Shown here piece after piece: positions 57,101-64,000 of a stretch of 64,000 bases of DNA. The notes under the pieces are model-generated. The model was given only the letters and a program-made list of their open reading frames with translations. It did not search any database and was not told the origin of the DNA. The stretch comes from Ostreococcus lucimarinus (taxonomy: Eukaryota). The position numbers and the translations under genes were made by a program. Numbering within the stretch: the first letter of the stretch is position 1; every line of letters starts with the position of its first letter. The stretch is from assembly GCA_000092065.1 (NCBI GenBank), contig CP000584.1; one strand, given 5' to 3'.

Positions 57101-58524
57101 TTGCCGCGCGCGCCGAAGCAAAGCGCATCGTCGAAGCGCGAATGAAAATAATTCACAGCGCTGCAACGAAGATTCAAGCTGCGTTTCGAAAATGTATGAT
57201 GCGCAAGCACTTCCTTCGCTTGCGTTGGTTCGTGATTTTATCGCAAGCGCGCGCTCGCGCCGCCGCCGCGCGCCGGACCTTTGTGGCGCAAAAGAAGGCT
57301 AGCGTGACAATCCAACGGCGTGTTCGACGATTTTTGGACTACAATGCGTACAAACGTCGTTCGCAAATGATAGAAAACGAGCGTCAGAAGAAAGCTGCGA
57401 CGACGATTCAACGTCACTGGCGTGGATACAACACGCGCGACGGACTCGACAACATTCAATGGAAGACGTACTTCGTCACGTTGCTGCAAGCATACGTGCG
57501 ACGTTGGCAAACTCGTCGCAAGTTCGTGAACGAAATTTTACCGCGTCAAAAAGAGCTCAAGTTGCAAGCGCGGAAGACGCAGATGCGTGCGCGAATGGCT
57601 CGTGAGCGCGAGGCGGCGACATGCATTCAAAAGTTCTGCCGCGGTCACCTCGCTAGAAAAACAGTGAGAAAGATGCGGCGCAAGGCGTCCAAGGCGAAAC
57701 GAGCCGAGAAGGATGCCGCCGCGAATCTACTTCAAAAGGAAGAGAAATCTAGCGAGGAAATCACTCAGCGAAGTCGGCGTCCTGTGTCGGCGTTCACGAG
57801 AAAAGCTTTGCTCGAACAACACGTGGTGGTAATCCAAGCCTTCGTTCGCGGCTGGCTCGCGCGAAAGCACGCGGTGCATAAATTGGAGTGGCATCGCAAG
57901 AGAATCGCCGCCAAGGCGCAGCCTGTCAATCCTTTACACGCGCGCGCTGAACAAGCTGCGAATATGATCGCCGCACCGCACGCACGCGATGACTGCCTGC
58001 GTGGTTGCACGTTCTTCACCGAACACTGGAATCTGTCCAAGACGTGTCGAGGCATCGTCACCTCGCCTCGCGTGCTGCACGCGTTGATGCGCAACGTTCG
58101 ACAGTGCAGCCGCTCGGCGTCACAAGTACCTTTGTTGACCGCGGCGTACGATTTGTTCGAGATCATCGCACGCGATAAGCACTACGCGAGTGCGTTGGAA
58201 CAATGCCCCGACAGTGTGATGACCATGACGGAGCATCTGCAACAGTACCGCGACAGGCCGACGCTTTTGGAATCCGCGGTGAACACGATGGTGGCGTTGT
58301 TTGAAAACTCGTCCAACAAGCGGTCTTTGGTAAGCGAAAAGTTTTTGACGCGCGTCGAAAAAATGAGAGATATCATCGACAGCAATCGCATCGTGCACAG
58401 ACGTCGGGCGATGACTTTTGCGCAGCAAGGAAGATACAAGGAAGAAACCGAAGCGCGCGACGCGTTGGTCAAGACGGAGCAAACGCTCGCGTGCTTGAAA
58501 AAGTTGACTCGTACGTTGACGTAA
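54166..58524 (+). CDS. ASPM: abnormal-spindle (ASPM/Asp)-like protein: N-terminal ASH-like region, tandem calponin-homology domains, long IQ-motif array, C-terminal Armadillo-like region; track start 54157 is TTG
   Basis: CH 'FQAGIWLRQQELAFIAWLNHTIVIDD...' and 'GRALCALIRAYAPMMIP'; more than 25 IQ motifs 'IQRWWRW...', 'VKLQSFRRACVARREF', 'VKIQSFKRMHTARLEF', 'ATLIQGWYRTVCARNEY', 'TIIQMHWRAFAARAEAKR', 'TKIQAAFRKCMMRKHF'...; 1453 aa single exon. Confidence 0.88.
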   Translation: MATTERGDADALWRAISAVTAVGGARESDASETRATEARDGTAGGMGGKMKDARARGDAVDDARRPSARASGERRRAVLSEPDAVPVVRFGAVDVGGTGCEGLDIVNDTALTQEVAFADCEAIARDGFSLDRETLTIQPGTTERVQLTWTPQRAMAATYCGQISFVVVAEAPVPMPEVEMKARIRGVAKGEVLRPLTNEAPEERVASATKRPRDARLATRRSLATSPRKLAGEDKLALDAMRAKQRRLEDEPATLALAPVARALQLQREDSASGDAHEGSTSRNVSDEFQAGIWLRQQELAFIAWLNHTIVIDDVGTMGDDSPSANRGGNASAREVRQTVRNKLTSLYSYDDELGRVLKKTYRHVDNARFRLNTGQTFMDNVALKEEFARALSCFSPFWLQLGVDVVVGGGIVWKRRGDLHEIQKECIAALFRDRDLEIEFGTGHVPGAPPFAHGYEEALSRSVLKRVLLLVFILDRAAMSGLPPNTPLLMRPHAALKRSEDILRTALQGSMYGEGDVIRNLSQCSYKLHYKQNPIREYDFQCTNLAVDLRDGVRLCRLMEVLNADVLFMSYDEKNKEWKRSLLSEVHFPCASRAHRVQNVEVALRAIKDQQVGLPGTWSRIKAEDIVDGHLEHTMGLLWALMMHYSAPGLLLPKSLDSEITRLGGKVPDIKRIERLSAARRGDSVIEAPQCAMEARLYAWARAACATQNVELNNLGGAFTDGRALCALIRAYAPMMIPKRRIGNAPLKLDDANADTAKHARELARDNFAAVAKALQALGGVPNPTFDIRFTSDEGLDSPDPRAVSGYLLFLSARLLLLRQQEVACVRIQRWWRWNRPNRPKFAEVVRKWNAASTVIASHVRRVQAVDAVNARKNAIVKLQSFRRACVARREFLNMKNAAVKIQSFKRMHTARLEFQDTKWAVEKVQKMRRGCAQRNQFLRKKQAATLIQGWYRTVCARNEYVNKTCAATIIQMHWRAFAARAEAKRIVEARMKIIHSAATKIQAAFRKCMMRKHFLRLRWFVILSQARARAAAARRTFVAQKKASVTIQRRVRRFLDYNAYKRRSQMIENERQKKAATTIQRHWRGYNTRDGLDNIQWKTYFVTLLQAYVRRWQTRRKFVNEILPRQKELKLQARKTQMRARMAREREAATCIQKFCRGHLARKTVRKMRRKASKAKRAEKDAAANLLQKEEKSSEEITQRSRRPVSAFTRKALLEQHVVVIQAFVRGWLARKHAVHKLEWHRKRIAAKAQPVNPLHARAEQAANMIAAPHARDDCLRGCTFFTEHWNLSKTCRGIVTSPRVLHALMRNVRQCSRSASQVPLLTAAYDLFEIIARDKHYASALEQCPDSVMTMTEHLQQYRDRPTLLESAVNTMVALFENSSNKRSLVSEKFLTRVEKMRDIIDSNRIVHRRRAMTFAQQGRYKEETEARDALVKTEQTLACLKKLTRTLT

Positions 58525-58575
58525 TAAAGTTGTAAAATCACATCTCGACTACTACAAGCTCTTCTTTCGATGGCA

Positions 58576-59493
58576 TCACCCTCTGATGCGCATGGTGAAC
58601 GGAATGCGCAGATACACGCGAACGAAATCTAACAAACACAGCACCGCCATGCCGCTCCCCATCGCTTCCCAAAACACTTGCGACATCGGCATCGCCTTCG
58701 TCTCGTCCACGCGCAGGAACATTGGGAACGACACCAAGAAGTAAATTCCATAAAATGCCGATCCGAGCGTGTACGCCATGTGCCGATCGGCGAAGGAGTA
58801 ATACGGGAATCCGCAAATGGTTAAACTCTCCATGAACGCCGTCGAGTACGCCATCGCGCCCACCGCCGCGCACTCGAATCCGAAACGCCAAGCGTCGTTC
58901 ACGTACCCCGTTCGAATCCGTCGCAACGCCGCGTTCGACAACACGTGGTAAAACATGAAATACGCGTGCGTCATGAGATACATCGAGATCGGCACGTCGT
59001 TCAAGCGGTGCGCGTCGAACGTGTACTCCGCCTTGAGCACCGCGTAAAAGTAGTGCGTGTACCAGTAATTTCCGATAAAGCTGAACACCGCGATCCACAC
59101 GTTCGCCTTCACGATGTAACGCTCGCTCAGCGCTTTCCCTCGATCGCTCGCGCTCGGGCGCATCAGCGGCGCGACGATCGCCGGCGCCGCGCACGCGCCG
59201 CAATACGCCAGGTACCCCCCACGCCCGAACGACTCGTACGCCCGCGTCGCGATCACCACCCCCACGCTCGCGATCCAGCACGCCGAGTACTTCAGGCAAA
59301 ACATCTCCCCCTCCGCCTTGCTCGCGCGCGTCTTCGCGCACGCGAACCACCGCGCGCCGCTCGTCGCCGCCGTCGTCGTCGTCCGCCGCCTCGTCGTCTT
59401 CACCGGCGTCAGCGTCGCGTACGACGCCAGGATCGTCGCCAGGATCGCGGTGAATATCACCGCCATGTCCGTCCACACGTCCCCGGTCGTCAT
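58576..59493 (-). CDS. CPI1: cycloeucalenol cycloisomerase (cyclopropyl sterol isomerase CPI1)-like multi-pass membrane enzyme; name from recalled homology; track start 59637 is TTG
   Basis: 'RYIVKANVWIAVFSFIGNYWYTHYFYAVLKAEYTFDAHRLNDVPISMYLMTHAYFMFYHVLSNAALRRIR...FPYYSFADRHMAYTLGSAFYGIYFLVSFPMFLRVDE' resembles plant CPI1 'KANLWIIVFSYVGNYFWTHYFFKVLGASYTF...FPYYEF'; about 7 TM. Confidence 0.6.
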   Translation of the reverse strand: MTTGDVWTDMAVIFTAILATILASYATLTPVKTTRRRTTTTAATSGARWFACAKTRASKAEGEMFCLKYSACWIASVGVVIATRAYESFGRGGYLAYCGACAAPAIVAPLMRPSASDRGKALSERYIVKANVWIAVFSFIGNYWYTHYFYAVLKAEYTFDAHRLNDVPISMYLMTHAYFMFYHVLSNAALRRIRTGYVNDAWRFGFECAAVGAMAYSTAFMESLTICGFPYYSFADRHMAYTLGSAFYGIYFLVSFPMFLRVDETKAMPMSQVFWEAMGSGMAVLCLLDFVRVYLRIPFTMRIRG

Positions 59494-59569
59494 CGCGCGC
59501 GTCGTCGCGATCGCGCGTCGCTCTGGCGTCTCGGCGTCGTCACTCTGGCGCGTCTCGATCGTCGACGCG

Positions 59570-59990
59570 ATGAGCGGCAAGGCGCTCGCGAGCGACAGCG
59601 AAGACGACGACGTCGCCGTCCCGGCGAAGCGCGTCAACGACGTCGACGCCGCCGACGCGCCGCCGGCGAAGAAGGTGCGCCGCGCGCGACGCCGCGACGC
59701 GCGAACGACGGACCGACTGACGCTTTTTAAATCAGACGGCGACGAAACCGACGACGAGCGACGCGCGCGAGGGCAAGAAGCCCGCGCGCGAGGACGACGA
59801 CGACGACGACGATAGCGACGCGGATTCGGTCGACAGCGAGTGCGTGGACGATCTGTCGGGGGACGAGGTGGACGCGTCGAACATCATAGAGGGCGGTCGA
59901 CGCGCCAGGCGCGGACGACCGACGACGTTCACGGCGGAGATGTACGCCAAGGCGGGGCCGGCGTTCGGCAGCGATTCGGACGATGAGTGA
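59570..59990 (+). CDS. small acidic protein (about 119 aa), 2 exons: 59570..59674, 59736..59990; unknown function
   Basis: 'MSGKALASDSEDDDVAVPAKRVNDVDAADAPPAKK|TATKPTTSDAREGKKPAREDDDDDDDSDADSVDSECVDDLSGDEVDASNIIEGGRRARRGRPTTFTAEMYAKAGPAFGSDSDDE*'; intron 59675..59735 with GTGCGCC donor, CCGACTGACGC branch, TTTTTAAATCAG acceptor; divergent from CPI1 by 77 bp. Confidence 0.5.
59675..59735 (+). other. 61-nt spliceosomal intron of the small acidic gene
   Basis: aag|GTGCGCCGCGCG...GACCGACTGACGCTTTTTAAATCAG|acg; phase 0; joins two frames both GC3-biased. Confidence 0.6.
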
Positions 59991-60055
59991 GCGCGCGCGA
60001 GGTGAAACGCTAGCGATGTGATCGAACGAACGAACGAAACGGTAAACGACACACC

Positions 60056-60454
60056 ATGGCGCGCGGAGACGGCGCCGCCGCGGCGCTGTTTCGCCGCATC
60101 ATCCGCGCCGCGCGCGCGCTCGATCGCGTCGAGGCGAGGGACGCCGTCGTCGAAGCGCGCGCGGCGTTTCGAGCGCGCGCCGACGTCAGCGGCGCCGCGC
60201 TCGAGGACGCGCTCGAACGGGGCGAGCAAAGACTAGCGCTGGCTTCACATTATGGCATCGCGTACGAACGCATAGCGCACGCGAAACTCGCGGGAGGCGG
60301 GAATAAAGACGTCGAGGTGCCGTCGACGAAGGCGTTTAACACCGCCGTCGCGCGAGCGCAGTTCCCGGTGAACCCGGCGAACGCGGCGGCGCGGGCGAAG
60401 GCGCGGGCGAGACGAGGGGCGGTGGCGAACGCCGAGCGACGGACGAACGAATGA
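60056..60454 (+). CDS. LYR-motif (Complex1_LYR) family mitochondrial protein
   Basis: 'MARGDGAAAALFRRIIRAARALDRVEARDAVVEARAAFRARADVSGAALEDALERGEQRLALASHYGIAY' = L-x-x-L-[YF]-R + downstream F/R helix pattern of LYRM/SDHAF1/ISD11 family; ATG verified. Confidence 0.58.
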   Translation: MARGDGAAAALFRRIIRAARALDRVEARDAVVEARAAFRARADVSGAALEDALERGEQRLALASHYGIAYERIAHAKLAGGGNKDVEVPSTKAFNTAVARAQFPVNPANAAARAKARARRGAVANAERRTNE

Positions 60455-60509
60455 ATCGAGCGTGGGAATCTATCTATGCCTATGATCTAGCCCTAGCAAC
60501 CTAGCTGTT

Positions 60510-61676
60510 TTACTGCGATGACCATAGCGATCGCGTGCCGTAGTTTTTCGTCTCTCGGTACGCGGGCGCGGTGTAGAGAAATTGCAACACCGGTCGATTG
60601 GCGAGCGAGTCGTTCGCCATGCCGCGGTGGAGTAAGCGGTAGTCGTACGCCACGCTTTGACCCGCGTCGAGAATTCCATCGAAGGAGAGTCGTAAGATCA
60701 AGCTCGCGTCGCCAAAACCGATGAGTTTACTCGTCTTGTGACTGCGCATGAAGAACTGCGTAAAACCGGTTTCGCGCGATAAATCGATCAACGGCATGAA
60801 GACGCAGACGCCGTACGGCGGTGCGTGACCGCATCCCGTGCGGACGTCGCACTCGACGTCGAGATGTCGACCGTCTGCGTGCCACTCTTGATTTTTCGCG
60901 CCGGGTCTGGAATACACCACCGACACGTGCACGTTCCAACCGTTCGGCATGAGCGCGTCGACGAGCGCGCGCCACGGCGCGTCGTCGCGCGCGAGCGCGC
61001 GAAGCGTCGCCCACTCCTCGAGTTCTAAATCTACTAGAGCATCGAATCGCTCGCCTCCACGCGAACCAATCTCTCGAAACGCGAATCGATCGCGCCCGTA
61101 CACTATATCCCCGAACGATTCCTCGAACCTCCGCTCGACGCGTTCCACGAATCGCTCCGTCGCCTCGCGAATTTCCCGCGTCGTCTCTTCGTCCACCGCT
61201 TTCAAGCACGTCGCCACGCCCGCGTCTGCGAACGCCGCCACGCGCTCTTCATCCGTCCTGTCCTTCCGTCCCCAATCGAGCGTCTCTTTCGTCACCGCAT
61301 CGATCGATCCCAGCGGCACGTATCCCGGCGCCGTCATCGTCGTCGTCGCCTCGGCGTCCCAACCGCGCGTCGCCATCCACGCCCGCACCCGCCGTTCCAG
61401 CCGCGCGTCCTCGCTCGAGCACGCGCGACACCGCCACGCGATCGTGACGTCCATCGCGCGCGCGTCGTCGTCGTCGTCGGCGCTCGCGCGCGCGCGCTCG
61501 AGCTCGACGACGCGCGCGTCGCGTTTCGCCGTCCATCGCAGCGCGGCGAGGTGCGCGGCGAGCGCGTCGTCGTCGCGCGCGCGCGTCGTCACGCGCAGGA
61601 CGTGCGTGGAGAGCGCGCGATCGTCGTCGTACAGCGCCTCGTCGCTCGCCTCGTCGTCGTCGTCGTCGTCAGTCAT
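60510..61676 (-). CDS. phytanoyl-CoA dioxygenase (PhyH) family 2-oxoglutarate/Fe(II) oxygenase; track start 61712 is GTG
   Basis: 'NQEWHADGRHL' (HxD), '...PYGVCVFMPLIDLSRETGFTQFFMRSH...' second His, 'RPVLQFLY'; N-terminal poly-Asp 'MTDDDDDDEASDE'; ATG 61676 verified. Confidence 0.78.
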   Translation of the reverse strand: MTDDDDDDEASDEALYDDDRALSTHVLRVTTRARDDDALAAHLAALRWTAKRDARVVELERARASADDDDDARAMDVTIAWRCRACSSEDARLERRVRAWMATRGWDAEATTTMTAPGYVPLGSIDAVTKETLDWGRKDRTDEERVAAFADAGVATCLKAVDEETTREIREATERFVERVERRFEESFGDIVYGRDRFAFREIGSRGGERFDALVDLELEEWATLRALARDDAPWRALVDALMPNGWNVHVSVVYSRPGAKNQEWHADGRHLDVECDVRTGCGHAPPYGVCVFMPLIDLSRETGFTQFFMRSHKTSKLIGFGDASLILRLSFDGILDAGQSVAYDYRLLHRGMANDSLANRPVLQFLYTAPAYRETKNYGTRSLWSSQ

Positions 61677-61738
61677 GACGATGACTCGAGACGCGACGCC
61701 GAGTGGCGGCACTGCGCGCCGCGCGCACGGAAGGAACG

Positions 61739-62403
61739 ATGAGCGATCAGGCGGTGTTGCTGCTCCGGAAGCAGCTCAAAGGTGCGACGCGCGCGACGCG
61801 ACGCGCGCGACGCGGATTCGGGCGCGACGCGCGACGCGACGACGGCGCGAGCGATGGGATTTCGACCGATCGCTGGCGGCGGTGTCGCGCGTCTGTTTCG
61901 GCGCGCACGCGCGGGAGACTGACGCGAACGCGTCGCGAACGCGAGCAGAGCTTTCGAGAAACCCGATCGAGGGGTTCTCCGCGGGTTTGGTGGATGATTG
62001 CAACGTGTTCGAGTGGCAAGTCACGGTCATGGGACCGCCCGAGACGCTGTACGAGGGCGGGTTCTTTACGTGTAACATGTCGTTTCCGAAAGATTATCCG
62101 AATAAGCCGCCGACGGTGAAGTTCGTGAGCGAGATGTGGCATCCGAACGTGTACGCCGATGGACGGGTGTGCATATCGATCTTACACTCGCCTGGGAATG
62201 ATCCCAACGGGTACGAGGACGCGAGCGAGCGATGGAGTCCGGTGCAGACGGTGGAGACGATTATGTTGAGCGTGATTTCTATGCTTTCCGATCCGAACGA
62301 TGAGAGCCCGGCGAACGTAGACGCGGCCAAGGAGTGGCGTGATGATTATCCGGCGTTCAAGAAGCGTGTGGCGCGATGTGTGCGAAGGAGTCAAGAGGAG
62401 TAA
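61739..62403 (+). CDS. UBC7: ubiquitin-conjugating enzyme E2, UBC7/UBE2G2-type (acidic loop insertion), 2 exons: 61739..61781, 61949..62403
   Basis: 'MSDQAVLLLRKQLK|E|LSRNPIEGFSAGLVDDCNVFEWQVTVMGPPETLYEGGFFTCNMSFPKDYPNKPPTVKFVSEMWHPNVYADGRVCISILHSPGNDPNGYEDASERWSPVQTVETIMLSVISMLSDPNDESPANVDAAKEWRDDYPAFKKRVARCVRRSQEE' near-colinear with yeast Ubc7/human UBE2G2; exons lie in two different frames joined by GTGCGACG...GGGAGACTGACGCG...GCGAGCAG intron. Confidence 0.85.
61782..61948 (+). other. UBC7 intron (167 nt; phase 1)
   Basis: aaa g|GTGCGACGCGCG...GGGAGACTGACGCGAACGCG...GAGCAG|ag ctt; reconstitutes 'KQLKELSRNP'. Confidence 0.78.
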
Positions 62404-62542
62404 TCGCGCGGTTGATTCGGCGCCGATGCGAAAAATCGGTGACTCAGTAGACAAACAACTCAGCAAATAGCGAGAGCCCAACGGCGCTCTATAGATAGAA
62501 GCTCGATGATGACGATGCTGAAGCAGCTCCAAGAACGACGGC

Positions 62543-62575
<33 letters not shown>

Positions 62576-62751
62576 AGATTTATTTGTAATACGACGCACT
62601 GGAATTTGTTATGGAAGTGTTGCACGCCGTTTGCACGTCATAAAGAATGTGCCACTAAAGTGACAGTCATTTTGATCCGACGCGCACATCGCGCGCGCGA
62701 ACGCGCGCTAATCACTGGAGTTTTTTTATGGATATTGCATGATGTTTTAGT

Positions 62752-64000
62752 TTAAATGGCGAGTTTCGCGAACGCTTCGGCGGCGGCGACGGCATCTGGA
62801 ACAGCGTCGACGTTCGGTCCTTGACCTTGCGCCAAACCACCCTTACCGCCGCCACCCTTACCACCGAGCGGGCCGCACGACGCCGCAAGCCAGCCCTTGA
62901 CGTCGATGCCGACATCCGGAGGCACGCTGCAGTAAACGAACTCTTTACCCTTGCAGTTCGCCAAGAGTGTGCACGCGATACCTTCGGCGAAAGCGACCGC
63001 CGCCGCTTCCTTCATAGCGCCAGCATCAGTACCGTCCGCCAGGGTGGCGACAAAGTACTTTGCACCCGCAGACTTTGTCGCGGCGGTTTTTTCTTGAACG
63101 TCTACGATGGCTTGCGCCTTGGCCGCCGCGGCGGCTTCCTTTTGCGCGTCCAGGACTCGCTTGACTTGACTAGTGACAGCGGCACGAATTTCCTCGCGCT
63201 GAATGACGGGAAGAACTTCAGTGTCGACGACGTTTTTCAACACACCCAGTTGTTTGTCGAGCGCTTCGCCGGACAACGAATCGCAACTCTTCACCAGAGC
63301 GAGAACGTCCGCAGCGCGCGCGAGCGCCGCTTTAGCCCCTTCGCGCGTCGCCCCGGTGATGCGACGAATACCCTTTGCGATACCACTTTCTTCAAGAATG
63401 ACGAATTGCTCCGCGAAATCGGTCGACGCCAAGTGGGTGCCGCCACAGAACTCTATGGAGTAGTTTTTCCACTTGTCATCCGACGGGTTGGCGAGCAAGT
63501 CGTCGATGCTCGGACCTACAGACACCACACGAACGGGGTCGGGGTACACCTCACCGAACACCGCGCGTAAACCGTTGATAGTCATCGCCTTGTCTAACGC
63601 TACCTCGCGTTTGTCTACTGCGAGCTTTGATTTGATTTGCTCGTTCACGATGGCCTCGATTTCAGCAATTTGTTTCGTCGTCGCCCCCTTGTTGTGAGAA
63701 AAATCGAATCGCAACTTTTCTTCATCTACTAACGAACCTTTTTGATCGACACCATCACCCATCACCTTGCGCAACGCATAATTGAGCACGTGCGTCATCG
63801 TGTGGTTGGGCATGATGTTATCTCGACGGTCATAATCGACTGCGCACTTCGCGGCATCGCCAACACTCACTGTGCCGGATACGTCGCCGGTGTGCATCAC
63901 GTACGCCGCAGCAACCTTGACATCCGATACGGACATCGAGCCACTCGGGGTGGTAATCAAACCCGAGTCACACACTTGACCACCCGACTCGGCGTAAAAC
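62752..64000 (-). CDS. AARS: alanyl-tRNA synthetase, C-terminal portion (editing domain + C-Ala); 5' part beyond right edge of window
   Basis: '...HTMTHVLNYALRKVMGDGVDQKGSLVDEEKLRFDFSHNKGATTKQIAEIEAIVNEQIK...FGEVYPDPVRVVSVG...EFCGGTHLASTDFAEQFVILEESGIAKGIRRITGATRE' = AlaRS HxxxH editing site and oligomerisation region; frame open to position 64000. Confidence 0.9.
   Translation of the reverse strand, partial: FYAESGGQVCDSGLITTPSGSMSVSDVKVAAAYVMHTGDVSGTVSVGDAAKCAVDYDRRDNIMPNHTMTHVLNYALRKVMGDGVDQKGSLVDEEKLRFDFSHNKGATTKQIAEIEAIVNEQIKSKLAVDKREVALDKAMTINGLRAVFGEVYPDPVRVVSVGPSIDDLLANPSDDKWKNYSIEFCGGTHLASTDFAEQFVILEESGIAKGIRRITGATREGAKAALARAADVLALVKSCDSLSGEALDKQLGVLKNVVDTEVLPVIQREEIRAAVTSQVKRVLDAQKEAAAAAKAQAIVDVQEKTAATKSAGAKYFVATLADGTDAGAMKEAAAVAFAEGIACTLLANCKGKEFVYCSVPPDVGIDVKGWLAASCGPLGGKGGGGKGGLAQGQGPNVDAVPDAVAAAEAFAKLAI

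Noticed and set aside
62404-62751. Possible TGTAA poly(A) signal (about 62583) and (GAC)n runs between UBC7 and AlaRS
   Set aside because: It is plausibly just convergent 3' UTRs. A single pentamer is not enough to call a terminator, and I did not see the same pentamer after other genes.
1-64000. Prokaryotic features (operons, RBS, CRISPR, IS elements) and viral or outlier-chromosome islands
   Set aside because: All genes are eukaryotic in type, some have spliceosomal introns, and GC content and codon bias are uniform across the window, so nothing suggests a foreign or low-GC insert.

Overview
This window is eukaryotic nuclear DNA: very GC-rich (about 65%), strongly GC3-biased, extremely gene-dense (about 47 protein-coding genes in 64 kb on both strands, spacers often under 100 bp) and intron-poor. 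The gene content points to a compact green-algal genome, most consistent with a Mamiellophyceae picoalga such as Micromonas; this is inference only. The marker genes are a KNOX TALE homeobox, a PcyA bilin reductase, a cycloeucalenol cycloisomerase-like sterol enzyme, a plastid-type class I aldolase, Tat-signal immunophilins, a PsbQ-like protein and SRR1. I could not support any rRNA, tRNA, CRISPR or transposon call. The six-frame track writes GTG/TTG/CTG first codons as 'M', so many listed ORF starts are not real ATGs. I re-derived starts from internal ATGs plus homology and marked the ambiguous ones. Two large genes run off the window edges and are absent from the track: a Sec7 ARF-GEF at 1..4775 (-) and an AlaRS at 62752..64000 (-). 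Reading across frame breaks recovered at least nine short spliceosomal introns (CDC20 x2, CDC45, UBC7-type E2, UBX, Elongin-B-like x2, two small genes). They share an unusually rigid grammar: GTGCGNG donor, RCTGACG branch motif about 18 to 35 nt before a YAG acceptor. The other observations worth a second look are an orphan ParA/MinD-like deviant-Walker-A ATPase, a KNOX gene, a run of genes with twin-arginine lumen-type targeting signals, and a novel Cys-rich type II surface protein. Several head-to-head gene pairs have start codons only 0 to 100 bp apart, some sharing a CATG/CCATGG palindrome.
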